Below, piece by piece: positions 29,365 through 42,849 of a stretch of 64,000 nucleotides of DNA. The notes under the pieces were generated by a model that saw only the letters and a list, made by a program, of their open reading frames with translations, was not told where the DNA came from and searched no databases. The position numbers and the translations under genes are program-made. Every line of letters starts with the position of its first letter. Position 1 is the stretch's first letter. Source of the stretch: Paraspadella gotoi (taxonomy: Eukaryota > Animalia > Chaetognatha). The stretch spans positions 14,705,918 through 14,769,917 of the forward strand of contig CM119269.1 of NCBI GenBank assembly GCA_051294375.1, given 5' to 3'.

Positions 29365-29661
29365 CATGGCTCTCTTTTTGCCGACTCCCTTAAATCTTTC
29401 CTGCATCTCACCCACATAAAGACGCCTTCTCTCCCTTCATGAATTTATGTCCGACTCGTTTTCCTCATTTGCATAATAAAGTCACCAGAAACTCGGAGAG
29501 ACTCGCGTCCAACGATAATCATCGCTGTTCGCGTTTTTATTTCAAAGTCGCCAGTTTTATTCGCGAGTTTCACGTGAGAAAAAACGTGACTTTGATCGGA
29601 ATCACCGCTCTTTCAGTTGTTATCATTTACCTAAATCGCACGGTCATAGATTTTGGCTGCT

Positions 29662-29753
<92 letters not shown>

Positions 29754-30255
29754 TTATTACCCCTAAATCCCCCTTTTTCTTGGAAAATTAAATTTACGCT
29801 CAGGTTGTAAAAAGTCAAGAGCAAAGAACATATTGAACTGATAGTTAATATGCAATTATTTACAAAGTTTTTAATACCAACACTATTGATTTTAATTTTT
29901 GAAGGATCCCTGTAGTTGATAACTTATATCATTTGCCACTTGCTTATTAAAACATTGGCGATCATTTCTATTTATATTTTTATTTATTTTAATCCAAACT
30001 TTCCGGCTCACACTACTTTTCATGTTTTCCTCCGAATAGCAACCAACGAGCATTAGACTATTACCCCTCCACCCATCCGTCGCCGCGGAAGGAGCACCCC
30101 TCTTTCGCCGCCATGAGCCGCCGCTTTCGCCGCCTCCTCCGCCGCCGCCGCATCGGCCGACCTCGCGTCCTTGATCCGCCGCCAAAGTGGCAAGGAGGAG
30201 AGGAGCCGCATAAAACTCATCATTATGGTGAAAGGAGGAGAAAGAGGAGGAGGAA

Positions 30256-30287
<32 letters not shown>

Positions 30288-32270
30288 GCAGGGTATTTAA
30301 CTGTTAATGGTGAAGGCGAAGGGAGGGAACCGTGGAATCGCTAATGACGTCATTTCCAAGTTAAATTCTCCGCCTTTTCAAACACTTTTTCCGTGCCTCC
30401 TTTTTTCTTTTCCCCGCCCCCCTTTTGTCCTTCCTATCGTTCGTGCCCATTCGATTACAAGCCCCTTACCCCATCCGAGTCTTCATTCAAAATCTAACCC
30501 TAAGCGGGGTTATCAAACTTACCCCCTGAATAATCCCACACCTTTTTCTCTTATGGTTCTATGTTCTTCTCTTTTTTAAACATAAAACCGTCTCTGTAAT
30601 TTCTACAGATTGGCTAATTTCGAGTTCCTTTGGCCTCGCAGAATATAATTCAGTTATTAGCCTCCTACGCTCGATGACAATCCATTTTTGATGCAAAACG
30701 CGTCGGTTGTTCAGAAAAAAAATCTCACATTTATCAATTTATCAATTTTGTTGTAGTCCTTTTTTTTCCGGGAATCATTTCCACACAAAAATTTTTAAAA
30801 AAGTTCTAAAAATTATAAATGGAAAATTTCGTTATAATTTTTATTAGACTTATATCTTTGGCTAAATCATTTAGTAAATGAATATGGCTTAACGAGGGTC
30901 CCTCGCAAAACTAGTTTTATCATCCCTGTCAGCGAAATGTCTCCACATCTACCCTCTCGAAACCTTAGAATGGTTATGTGTTATGATAATGGGGCCATTG
31001 AAACAGTTTTGAGGGAAACGCATAAAAGATGTCGGAATGGATTAGGTCGGACGTTGGCGAAGGATCGGCTGCGATTTAAGGGGTGGAATGATTCGGAGTG
31101 GAAGCGAGTAAATTCGAGTGGGTACAAGCGCTTTTTATTAATTTTTAACTGATGAAGTTACGATCGGGAAAAAAAAAATTATTACATATATCGAACTGAG
31201 GTTATGAGGTTTTATAAACTTTAATAAGTTTAAGAGATATAGAATGGTTTTAGTTAAGCTCAGTGTTTTAGGGGTTAAAAACGGGTGCCAACTTATAATC
31301 GTCAGTAAATGGCAAAGGAGATTATCACCGAGGGAGGTTCGGTTCTATGAGGAGAGGGTTAGCTTTTATGATAAGGACTGAGGGTAAAAAGATTTTATGG
31401 TTATTGGCCCCCGAGTTGTCGACTTGGCCGTTTAGAAGGGTGGCGCACGGAGTGACACAAAGTGGCGCGGAGAAAAGAGGGCGCGGTTATTCACGTTACG
31501 GGAAACTGCGTCGATTTGCGGAATGCGTGACGTCGTTTCGTGAAAACGAGTTTTCTTTTTTTCAAGCTCGGCAAATCTTGGGTCGATAAACCAAAACATT
31601 AGGCGGATGGCGTCTAAGATCAGCTAGGATCACTTGGTCTCTGGGTTTTCATACGAAAAGTAACTTTACAGTCGTTACTGTTCACTGTTCACTGTTTAGT
31701 GTTTAGAGTTCAGTGTTCAGCATTTATTGTTTTATTTTGTGACTTCTCGACTTCGCGAACTTAAATAATTTTCGCGACGATGTGTTTTTATTCGAAAAAA
31801 AATAAATAAAAGCTGAAGAACAACGTTTGTTATAAATGATTTAAATTGCATTTATTTGTTGTTACGATGAGAACAGAAGCTACTATGAGTCAAAATACAA
31901 ATTTCGTTCTGATTTTTCTTATCCGCCGATCGACAAATTAGGACAAGTTTTTTTAACCCCGAAATATTGGCCTTTCTTTTCCATTATATTTTTTTTCACG
32001 CTAATGTTTTAAGATCATTTGACAAAGTTTTCCTACAATCAATTCATTAACATATGGTCTCTTACAAAGATTTTGAATTACTTTCACATAAATGAAGTAA
32101 GCCAATGTTTTGTTTCAAGCGACTAAATTCTGATCCAAAAATACCGTTAATAATTAAGAAATTCCTAGTTTAAATTTACTAGCCTCGCGGGATCATTGGT
32201 TATTATTTATTAGCCATTGCCGGTAAAGATAAAAGCCAAAAATTTGAATCGATGTCCTTTTGTTTCTCAG

Positions 32271-35200
32271 GACTCCGCACGGACGATCGACGACTACCGC
32301 ATCACCTCCTGTCGGACCCGCGACTATTCGCGGATCGGATGGCGCCATCTCTGGCATCGGGGTTGGCGCCCGGGATCGGCGCGGCGCTGGCAACCGGCGT
32401 CGCTGGAGTCGACGCTTTCGCCGAGCTCGAACATCTGCGCCACATTTCCGGAAGAGCCGATGCCGTCAGGCAGGGTGAGTTTAACGTCAAGCTATAAAAG
32501 ATAATAACGAAATTAGTATTAAATTAATACTAATTTATTGGATAAGTTCCCGGTTGATAAGGTTCCCCCCCAAAAAAAACTCTAGTTTAGAATACTGCAA
32601 TACTCGGCCATTTTCCGGCAACGAAAAAACATGTTAAACGAATCGTATTCGAATGCTATGCGATCCATTTCAGCAGGAAGATAATCAATCTTTTCGGCGT
32701 CCACGCGGAAAGATCTGCCTTTCCATCGATATCGAAAGGGAAATATTATGATTAAAGATTAATATCGAGGCAATTCGTAGGGAAAAAAAAAGCTTTCCTT
32801 CTTTTCGGTAATTTAAAGTATAAACGACTTTCTTTCATTTGGGAAAAAATGTCAAAATTTTTAGATACCAATTATTTGGATATCAGTTATTGAACAACAA
32901 ATGTATTTTTCGTAACTTTTCTGTGAAGACTTCGTTGATCATCGTCAGTTTTATCTCCCCCCCCCACCCACGTCGTCATTTAGATTTACGTTCGGCGAGA
33001 ATTTTTTTTTTCGCCTCTGTAGTAGCCGTCCCTTTCTGTCGGCTTCTGAGGGTCAGGCATCCACCGACCTTTTGACCTCTTTTGACTCGCGAGTGAAAAC
33101 GATGATCACTTTTTTTTTCGGTGGGGGAGTGGGGAAATGAGTTGCTAGGCCGAGGGTGCGGAAAGTTGGAGAAAGGATGAAAATTTGAGCGAGTAACTTA
33201 CAAAATATTACAAGAAATAAAAGAATTCTAAAACAAGTTTGAGCAAACAATGTCGGATCTGCCCACGATCATTAGAGGTAATTAATTTGATCCGAAATGT
33301 TTGTTTTAGGTCTTTTCGTCACTGATCACGATAAAGGCAACGACGACGATGATGGCGACGACGACAATAACGCCGAAAACGATTGACTTGATTGATTGAG
33401 TAATTAATTAATTAATAGATAAATAAATTGATTAAATAATTAATTGATTGATTAATTGACTGATTAATCAATTATTTATTAATTAATTGACTAATTGATT
33501 AATTAACTGATTAATTATTTGATTTATTAATACATCTTGTATTTATATTTAATATAAAAAGAAAAAGAAGCTTAATTAATAATAGCTTTTTCCATTTAAA
33601 CTCATTTCAACTCAGACGATTCTATCAAAACTTGATTTCCAACTTAATCACACACTTTCCTACCCACATACAAAATTTCAAGTCAATTGCCCCATCCATA
33701 TAGTGACATTCATATAGTGAAATATATTTTTTTAAAATTTAAACTCATTTCCACTCGCACAATTCCATCGAAACTTCATATCCAGCTCAAACACACACTC
33801 CCCTACCCAGACACAACATTTCATTCTAATCCAACCATCCAATCACGAGCATTTGGAGTTTTTTGCTAAGGTGGGACGGATTGACGGACAGACAGACAGA
33901 CAAACATCATTTTTTTAAATAAATTATCAGAGAAAGCAAAGAATTTTTAATTTTTAACAACGATTTTTAATTAATAGTTGGACATGTTTCGGCTGGTTTG
34001 CTTCAAGCCTTCATCAGCAAACAAGCCGAAACATGTCCAATTATTAATTAAAAATCGTTGTTAAAAATTAAAAATTCTTTGCTTTCTCTAATATCAATAA
34101 ACAACGAAAAAGAAAGGATTATTGCATAATGAATTATCATAATTCGATGTTCTGACATGATATTAGTGAATGCCCGACAAGATTGAGGGGGCGGACCGAC
34201 GTACCGACAAATTGAATTATAGAGTCGGGATCTGCTGATAAGCAGATCCGACTAAAAATGAATTTAAAAAAAAAAATCCTCAGTGTCGCTATGAAATATA
34301 GATTCACTATCGCTCACTGTTTGCTGGACGTTGACTCGCGCCCGTCCAATAGCGTCGGCTCCTGGCGTCATTAGCGTCTCGTCGACGTCATTCGATGACG
34401 TGATTCGCTGACGTCCAATGACCGGAAGAATTTTGATCCAAACGCGCCACGTTTCTCATCTCCTCTTTTGCTACGGTTTGAATAGATGTCAGCATAAGAA
34501 AAAAAAAACTTACTCACGAACAAACATAAGCGTCCAAAATGGTTTGTAGGTTCGCCAGACTTTTGGCCAGACTTGTTTCAAAAAGGCTTTCAATCGGGCC
34601 CCAACCTTTCTCTCCTACTCTCGCGCTCTCTTTCTGGCCAGTTTTTATCTCCGTTTGACCCTTGACAGTCGGCTAATGGATTTTTCTGCTCTCGCCCCTT
34701 CTATGCGTTCACACTATGAATATAAATAGGTTACTATGCCTTATGAAATCACCAAAATGCGTCTCTGTTTTCACTTTCTAACTAAAATGTATATTGTCAA
34801 ACGTAACAATAATATTTTTAAAAATAAAAAGTAATTACACCAACAGAATTTTTGACCCTTAACGCTCAAGCCCCCATTCACAAGGGTTATGGGGCTGATT
34901 TGGTGATTTTGCAGCAACGCCCGAAATAGAATCAAGGTGGCACCGTTGACCTCTTTGGGGGTGCCTAAAGCAGCCGATGGAAGACCGAGAAGATTGACCC
35001 GGAGTGCGAGCGAAGAGATGACCGTCTTAAAGGCGGGGTGCGTCGAATTGATCATTGTTGAAAGAGAACAGGGGCGAGTAGAAAGGGAAGAAGGGCGCGG
35101 CGTGTGCGGTCAAAAGGAAGTTCGGTGCAAAATCTGCTCGTGAGATCGGGGTGAACAAGACTGGGGCGGTGCGAGTCATTGAAAGGCGCCGATGACCCCC

Positions 35201-35750
35201 TGTCGACTTTTTGAGCGGACGTTCGGCGTCTTCGGCTGACTGACGAGGGTCGGAATAGGGGAGGCCAAATCGTCAGTAACTCCCCCCCACCCCTCCTCCC
35301 TGATTAGCCTCGGTTCCGCCCCAGAAACCCGATGACCCGCCCTTGCCTTTTCAGTGGTAATGACCATCGCGGCAGAAACTCATCCCACGGTGAACGCGTG
35401 GCCGATTCACGGGCCGCGCGGAAAGCGCGTGGTTTCCCCAGCGTGGACATGAGATCCTGTCAATATTTATTTATATATTATTATATAAATTATAAATTAT
35501 TAGCTATTTTAACTTTAAGTTGAGATAGTTGTCTCGATGAGAACATGAGAACAGTCAACGAAAGAAAACGGCTCTCTCTGTTTTGCATCGATTCATCGCG
35601 GTCGTGATTTGCGTCGATGGATTCAACATGTGTTCCAACAAAAGACTAATGAAGTCGTCGACGAAGTCGATGGAAAAGATAAACAGTCACGTGATTCTCG
35701 ACGGACTCTCGACACTCGTCATGACAGAACGGTAGATCGGTTTAACGAGA

Positions 35751-35828
<78 letters not shown>

Positions 35829-38800
35829 GACATTGGAAACAGAGATGAAATCGCGATAAAAAAAAAAATGGAGAGGTCGCCCGACGCCGGCCATTTGGCA
35901 CCATTCCTCCTCTTCCTCGTCCCCTTTGCGTTTCCTTGGAACACCTTCCTCTTCCTCTTTTGCGATCGAGGCCAGTGACGCCATGAGTGACGTTATGATT
36001 CTGTCGGCGATAAAAATATGTCGCTCGTTTCGAGGCAGAGCTACGCGCAGTTAAAAGGCCATTCTACTAGAAAATGTGCTGACGATAAATGATTTTTAGG
36101 TTTCTGCATACTCCGGAATAAAATTCATCGATATTCGATAAAAAGAAAAGGAAATCTTTCATAAAAGACAATTATGTGTAGAATTCTTTTCGCAGTCAAG
36201 GAACATAGTTCAACGAGAAGAACCCGGCAGTGAACAAATATTTCTAATATTAGGGTCTATTGGCAAAATGATTGTTAAAATTGAAAAACCAAAACCAAAA
36301 ATCTCTTGCAGATCCGTTTTTGAATCCCTGGTCGGCGCCTGCATTTCCTCCTCCTCACAGCGGCGCAATCTCTTTGGGGCCGCACGAGTTAAACCCCGTG
36401 GCGTCCTTCATGGGACCCGCGCAGCCTCAGAGCGCCTCGCAAGCCACAACACTCGCCGAATCAACAGAAGGTGAGTAACATTCTTTTTTTTTTAAATTTT
36501 TTTTAAATCCCTTAAATTCGATTCCATCCTACTTTTTTTATTATAAATATTTGTAAAATTAAAATCGTAATAGCCTATGAGTAAGTCGAGACATCGTCGA
36601 GAGAAATTATAACAGCTACGTACTAATCCTGAGTTCAGGAAAATAAACAAAAGAAAATTGACTAGAGATCCTATCAAGCATGAAAAAGACACCGCAAACT
36701 ATTAGATTAAGTACAGTCTGTACTCTCATTATGACCAAAAAGAAAATAAATGACAAAATAAGAACCACAAAACAATAAATCTGATAAGAAAAAAAAAAAA
36801 CTCGTCATGATTCTTTGTCGTCGTCGGCGTCGTTCTTCGCTCGCGATTCGGTTTTGCTTCCTGAACAAAAAGGGGAGAGGGGGAAAGAAAAAAAAAAAAA
36901 GCATTAATGTCATAACGCTTGTAAACTTTGGCCAAAATCAAAAGTTAAAACGATCTCATAACATTTTGGATCATCGAAGCGTAATTCGAAAATAAGGAGC
37001 CAATAACTGAGAGATTGGAAAGCGGGAATAAGATCCGGAGACCGATTACCCGCTTCCACCCGACGCCCCCTCGTCCTCCCCTCCCCGACTGACGGAAAAA
37101 TCTCCTGCTGGTGGCGAGAACGAAAAACCCATTCCGCGTTAAAAATATGGTGAGGGTAAACTCGTAAATATAAGACTCGGAAAGGCTTTCGTGTTTTTGC
37201 GCCATGAAAATGTTCCTCGACGATTCAGAAAATTCTGTCGACCGTAAAAACCGAAGACTTAAAAAAAAAAAAAGCGAATATCGAGACAAGGAAAAAATAA
37301 AAAGATTTCCATCGCTCAGTTTTCACTTCAACTTGATGTGAGCTTCACGTTCACAGTAGGGTGCAGTGATGAAAAGATTGAGTGATTGAACATTATTTTT
37401 TTGCTGCCTATGGACATATAATTAATGAATTTTAAATCCTTTTAAAAAATTTTTAGCATAACAGTATAGCAAATTCAATTATTTATGTAGTAATATCCTT
37501 ATAAAATCGTCAAATTTCAAAATATTTTTTTTTATTTTTAAGAACTGATTTGGATTCACTGTAAAAAATTAAGAAACTTTTATAAAATATGTTATATGAT
37601 ATTTTAATGTTTAGATCACAAAAAATGACTAAAACGTTTTAACATATATACGTTTCTACTACAGAGAATAAAAAAGTTAGGAATTTTCACCTTTTTTCTT
37701 ATTTTAAACATTGAAGATGACAGAATTTTTCATAACATGTTTTATATTTTTGATTCAACTTTTTATGAAGAATCTGAATCTTTAATAAAAGTTTTATAAA
37801 AATTATTTTTAAAATTTACTATTTTATAAGGATATTACTACAAATATATTATATTTTACTATTCTGTTCCCAAGATAATATGAACAAAATATTTTTTGTA
37901 CTAGTTAATCATACTATCTCACATCTAAATATCATTGTTCGATCATTCAAATAAATTTTTTGTTCTTGAGTGCTCCACTCTAGTTCACAGTCGATTCTCG
38001 ATGATCAGTTCATTAATGCACTTATTTACGGTTTTACCATCGGTTGGTCTTTTTCTTCCTGTCGTAGTCGACGAGTTTTCCGCCAACGGTCTCAAATCCG
38101 GCGGCGAAGAACGGCGCCGATTGAGGCCCGGCGAGCTGGTTGACGGCCCCGTATTCGATCCCGACGCCGCGTCAACCATTTCCGGCGCGGCAGAGGAGGA
38201 GGCGTTGGGTGGAGTATTGGAGGCGGCGGAAGAGGTGGCGGCGTAGGGCGGGGGGAGATCGGGATAAGGAGGCAGCGAATTGATTGAGAAAGGAGAGATG
38301 GGAGAAGATTCAAATCCACGGTTCGTGTATGAACCTGAGCCCGGAGCGTCTTAGGGGATGAAGAAATAATAGAGAAATCAAAAATTTATAATGAGACGAA
38401 CTGTCTAATGGTTAAAGAGTTCAGCTATGCAAGTCTGCAAAAAAAGGAAGGAAGAAAGAAAGAAAGAAAGAAAGAATGATAGAAAGAAAGAAAGAAAGAA
38501 AAAAAAAATTATTCAATCAATATTGAATATTGACTACTAACCGATTGAGAAAATTCCGTCTGCTCTAAGTGTATCTTCGTACGAAGGAGGAAGACGAGGA
38601 ACTGCCGGTACACTCGGGGTCTCTTCTATGTCGTCTGCAAAGTTAAAGATCATTCATAAATAAAATGATAAAATATTTTACGAAACTTAATTATTAATTC
38701 CATTTTTTAATCAAAGTTCCAACCTATTTCGTTCCTGCGTCTCCTTCGGCGAGATCTGGCCGCGTTCTCTTCGCGTAGCCGGGCAGCTGTGGCGGGCGAA

Positions 38801-41089
38801 GGAGCGCAGAAGATCAAGCGGAGGATCCGGTCGAAACGCGACTCCCCTAGATCGGGCAGGGAGGACGAGGGAGTTGAGGAAGAGGGCGAGGAAGAAGAGG
38901 GAGAGGAAGAGGAGGGTAAAGAAGAGGGATCTAGCGTGGCGGAGATGGTGAATCCATCGTCGGACGTTCTCGCTTCCGAGTTGGTCGTTTCGTCGTCGTC
39001 GTCCTCGTTCTGCGCCTCCACGGAGATCGTTCCTCGACGTTCCTCTCGGCGCCGTCGTCGTCGATCGCGACGATGGCGCCGCAATCGGGACTCGTACTTG
39101 TTCCGTTGATAGGCGATGACGCAACGCCTCAGCCACCAAAAAATGTAGCAGAAGCAGAGGGCGAAGACGAGGATCAACGCCGGGTAGAAGGCGTAATCCT
39201 CGAAGTTCATTTTTCTTCTTTCTGAAAAGAAATCACGTTGCTTTATTGATAAATTGTAAGTACTAGTATTACGTGTAAAAACATTAAAAAAAAAATTCTA
39301 TATTTTTTAACCAAGTTGCGTTTCAAGGTCACCACCAAAAAAAAATAGAAATCAAAGCTTGAAAAAAAAAAAAAACAAAGGAAAAAAAACCGTTTTCATA
39401 ATTTATTAAAACTTCATAAGTAATTGTAATTTTTTTTTGACGCAGACGAAAAAAAAAAATCAGCGAGCAGCTACGTACTAGCATTCCACGTGACGAGTTA
39501 CGGCCGGACTGTTATCGAATTTCAAGTTTTTCTAACTTTATTTCGAAAATAAAAGATCGAAACCTGTTTTTGTTCAGCCTCGTCACCGTCGGCCTTGCCG
39601 TCTTCCGTGCGACCTCTCCTAGTTTTAAAAGGGAATTTGAATTAATTTCAGGGTGTCTACTTTCCTTACTCTAGTTTAGTCAAGACAAACCTTAATCAGT
39701 TAATGAGTTTCTTTGAGAACCACTTGGTGACTTAACATAAATTTCACATTGTTAGCTTTGCTGCATACTTTTCTCCGAACGCTCAAATAAAGGCCCTTAA
39801 AGGGAAGTAAAACTTGGTCTGCACCTCGAAAGAGTTTTTGTTTTCAGAATGTGGGGGAAAAGTCGTACGAAACGTCCGAGGTCGACGACTGCAATCACAA
39901 TTAATCGCTTTTCGAAACGAAGCGAAATCACCCGTCAGGGTCCTTGAAAAAATACATAAATTGATAAATCTTCTACAAATAAAACTAGTATGAGCTAGTT
40001 TTCACCCATTTTTTAATTTAATTTTAAGAAGTCTAGCGAGGAGCAAGCGCGACAACAATTAAGACACATTATGTTCATTATGAAAACCCAACCTTGTTTG
40101 ATTTCTAGGATTTCCGCCAGTCTCCATCGCCGACGACGACGATGCCGATCGTCGTCCAACGCCCATGACCTCATCCGCCGAAGTTGTGGGCGTTCCGACG
40201 ACGTCGCCTTCCGCCGATGACCATCAGACGACGTCGGCCTCGAGAGGAATTCTCACCGCCGAACGCCCTCAGCCACTCGTTGCAGGTAGTTTTGTGATTT
40301 ATCTTCATTTTATCAAGCATTTTTCTGTTCTTCTTAAGCATCTACTAATGAAAAAAAAATATTATTTAACATTTGAATTTTCCTTCTACAGCTTTGGATC
40401 CTCGCCTTCCCCTTTCCCTGAGCCAACAACCTCTCTCCTTCTCCTCGTCGGTGGCTGATTCTCTTAGACGCCCTGCTTCCGGTGCTCACCTCGCCACAGA
40501 GCCTGTGCCCCGTTCCTCCTCTTCAGGAACGCCTTCTCAACAAAGCCTCGGCTACGCCTTCCCTCAACCACTTTTGGCGCCTCCGCCGCAGCCTTCGTTG
40601 ACTTGCTCCGCTTCGCTCCTGTCGGGAACCGCTGCTCCGCCCTCGTCTCTTCACCCTCATCCATATCTCGCACCGGCGCCTCATCCACCTTATGCGCTGA
40701 TGGCACCATCGGGCGCCGTCACGGCCGCGCCATTGCAGAACCCCTCCTTGTTCAACCTAGCGGCGTCGCCCAATCCCGGTTTCGCCTCGTCCTTCGTCTA
40801 TCCACACATTTATCCCTCTTCGACTCAGTCTTTGTCGGCGGCGAATCGAGTGGGCGTGGAAAGCACGGCTGACGACGTCGCCTCCTCCCCGGCGTCGTCC
40901 GGCGGCGGCGCCGGAAACTCGCGTCGCCCGCGAGACGCGGACGACGAAGCAAGCAACGCTGTTGCGGAGGGTGAAAGGCCAGAACCGAGAAGCAATCAGG
41001 AGGCTTCAAGCAAAAAGCCGGGCGTCGATTCGTCGGATTCGAATCAACGAAGTCAGACGGAAAGTTCGCACGTCTGGCGACCTTATTAA
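32271..41089 (+). CDS. runx: Runt/RUNX-family transcription factor, 3' part (exons 32271-32474, 36312-36470, 40109-40285, 40392-41089); Runt-domain exons not seen in window
   Basis: Four GT-AG exons all join in phase 1 into one open frame ending in the Runx-diagnostic Groucho-binding VWRPY-stop. The first exon (LRTDDRRLPHH...FADRM...AELEHLRH) resembles the post-Runt segment of RUNX1 (FSERLSELEQLRR). The last exon starts LDPRL and is Pro/Ser/Ala-rich. Confidence 0.85.
33929..34089. repeat. ~160-bp palindrome with hammerhead at the centre; plus arm 5'-truncated within stem II
   Basis: AGAGAAAGCAAAGAATTTTTAA...GACATGTTTCGGCT versus AGCCGAAACATGTC...TTAAAAATTCTTTGCTTTCTCT. Confidence 0.85.
33981..34017 (-). 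ncRNA. Minimal type-I hammerhead ribozyme motif
   Basis: Minus strand reads CTGATGA-A-GGCT-tgaagcaaacc-AGCC-GAAAC-AT-GTC: intact core with GUC triplet, and a 3-bp stem I (TTG/CAA). Confidence 0.78.
37455..37870. mobile_element. MITE-like foldback related to the 14.2-14.8 kb element
   Basis: TGTAGTAATATCCTTATAAAAT (37486) and ATTTTATAAGGATATTACTACA (37821) are inverted. A similar motif occurs at 14621. Confidence 0.55.
37985..39210 (-). CDS. Single-pass membrane protein with PY motifs (putative Nedd4-family/WW-domain adaptor), nested antisense in a runx intron; exons 39210-38724, 38634-38542, 38349-37985
   Basis: N-terminal hydrophobic helix (ALILVFALCFCYIFWWL) followed by a polybasic stretch. 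Two GT-AG phase-1 introns splice in frame to exons carrying PPSY, LPPY and PPPY. An acceptor (tttcag) lies 11 nt before the ATG. The 3' end is less certain. Confidence 0.72.
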
Positions 41090-41384
41090 GATCGCCGAAT
41101 AAGGTCGGAGAAAACCCGAGTGGATCTTTAAAATTGACGCACAGGATTAGAGATCGGAAAATGAGCACATCACTGATCACAGATCACTGCATAATCACCA
41201 GTACAAATCACCGTGAAGATCTACTTTCAATTCCTTTCACAGCGGCAATAACCTCTTCGCACGAGTGGTTTAAAAATGTCAGGACTCATCGTTTCGTTCA
41301 GTGCCATCGTTCGTGAAGTGATATATTGTTTTTATAAATTGGTCCTATTTACAAGTGTTATTTTTTATTTACTAATAGAGTTCT

Positions 41385-41390
41385 AATAAA
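41385..41390 (+). other. Candidate runx polyadenylation signal
   Basis: AATAAA about 300 nt after the VWRPY stop codon. Confidence 0.4.
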
Positions 41391-41895
41391 ACCATCGCAT
41401 TTGTGTTACAACTCAAAAGCGTTCAATTACGTGTATAATATTTCAATGCAATTTCTCGTTTTATAAAATGCTAATCTTAAAACATACTTTTCTCCTTCTA
41501 ATTAAATCTGACTTAAAACGTTTATTTTTCTTTAAAAACCGGTTTATTACTGGTTTAACGAATTCGCACTTTTCCTTCATAACCACCAACTGATTCAATA
41601 AACAGTCCCGGCATGCATCACGAATAATCTTTCATGTCTCTGTTACTATTTATGACTTGTACCTCATCAATTTCCATGACCTACCGATTCTTATAAACCG
41701 AACTGTTTAACCCGAAATAAAAGATGTAGACTTTTACAGCAGCATTTCAATTCTTCAAAAATTATTTTAGTTCAGACTGCATAGCAGTTTATGTGATATT
41801 GAATCAGCTTATAATGAAATATCTGTTTACCAATCATCTGATAATTTCAGTATACATAACATCAACATGAACATTCAGTCATTCACCATATAATA

Positions 41896-42205
41896 TCACC
41901 ATAGCCTGTCCAAAGTCAGGGGCAAGGTAGCTTATTTATAGAATAAATGGATATATTTTTATTGGTTTTACCAATTTCATATTCGTCAGCTCCTTGTATT
42001 TTGATGAATACAATATAGTATTCCCCATTTTAATACTTTTTTGTTGGAACTTTATTGGAACTTTATACCACTTTATTGAGAGCTAAGCAAGGTACTCTTG
42101 GAATTAATAAAATAAAATACAATGTAGACTCAGAATCTTAATTGAAAGCTTGTCCAAAGTCGGGTAAGATAGCTTATTTATTTCATTAATGAAGAATATT
42201 TTTTT
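41896..42205 (+). mobile_element. Two 5'-truncated copies of the twister-like repeat (41896-41981, 42145-42205); another relic at 17474-17520
   Basis: AGCCTGTCCAAAGTCAGGGGCAAGGTAGCTTATTTA and AAGCTTGTCCAAAGTCGGGTAAGATAGCTTATTTA. Confidence 0.7.
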
Positions 42206-42764
42206 ACGTGACAAAAGTAATAATTAATAAACAAAAAGTACAACTTTTTCATCTGATTTTTGTTTAGACGAAGCTGATCAAACGCAAGTATTTTAACAGA
42301 AAAAATAGTCTAATGGACTATAAAATGAAAAACAGTAAATAAATAAAGTAATATTAATCATTACCAACAGCTATCACATTTTTACGAACTTTCAAGTTAA
42401 ATATTCTTAAAAATTTTTTTTTCTGGAAATACCATTGCGCTTTTTTTTTTAATTAAATTTTGAAACTACCTTTCATGCCCTCAAACGGATACTGTTGTCA
42501 ATGCAAACAAGTAGAACATCATACAGAAACATACTGAAAAAGAATAAAACTTACATAGTTAAGGCTTCTCTAAACTAAAGTTTATTCAAATAATTCCAAA
42601 TTGTCATACAAAATTTTTTACCGTCTGATTCTTGTCATTGCCTAATAAAAAGCTAACTTTTATTTTTTAAATGGAAATTTAAATCGAACTTTATGGTTTT
42701 TTAACTTTACAAATGTCAATGACTCGAATATTTTTATTCTTGTTGTTTTTTCTCTTTTCCTTAA

Positions 42765-42798
<34 letters not shown>

Positions 42799-42849
42799 GT
42801 TTTAACTTTCTTTTAATCCAAAGTTTCATTTTGTTTTTATAAACTTTAA

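Larger units (their letters stand above)
33590..34258 (+). mobile_element. Helentron-associated (DINE-1/HINE-like) non-autonomous element
   Basis: Two diverged ~140-bp internal repeats (33594, 33737), an ACGG/ACAG microsatellite (33885-33903), and a 3' stem-loop AGTCGG(G)ATCTGCT-GATA-AGCAGATCCGACT followed by AAAAA. Confidence 0.5.

Noticed and set aside
31149-31175. CTGATGAAG as another hammerhead (also CTGACGA at 35240)
   Set aside because: No stem II followed by GAAA and a cleavage triplet.
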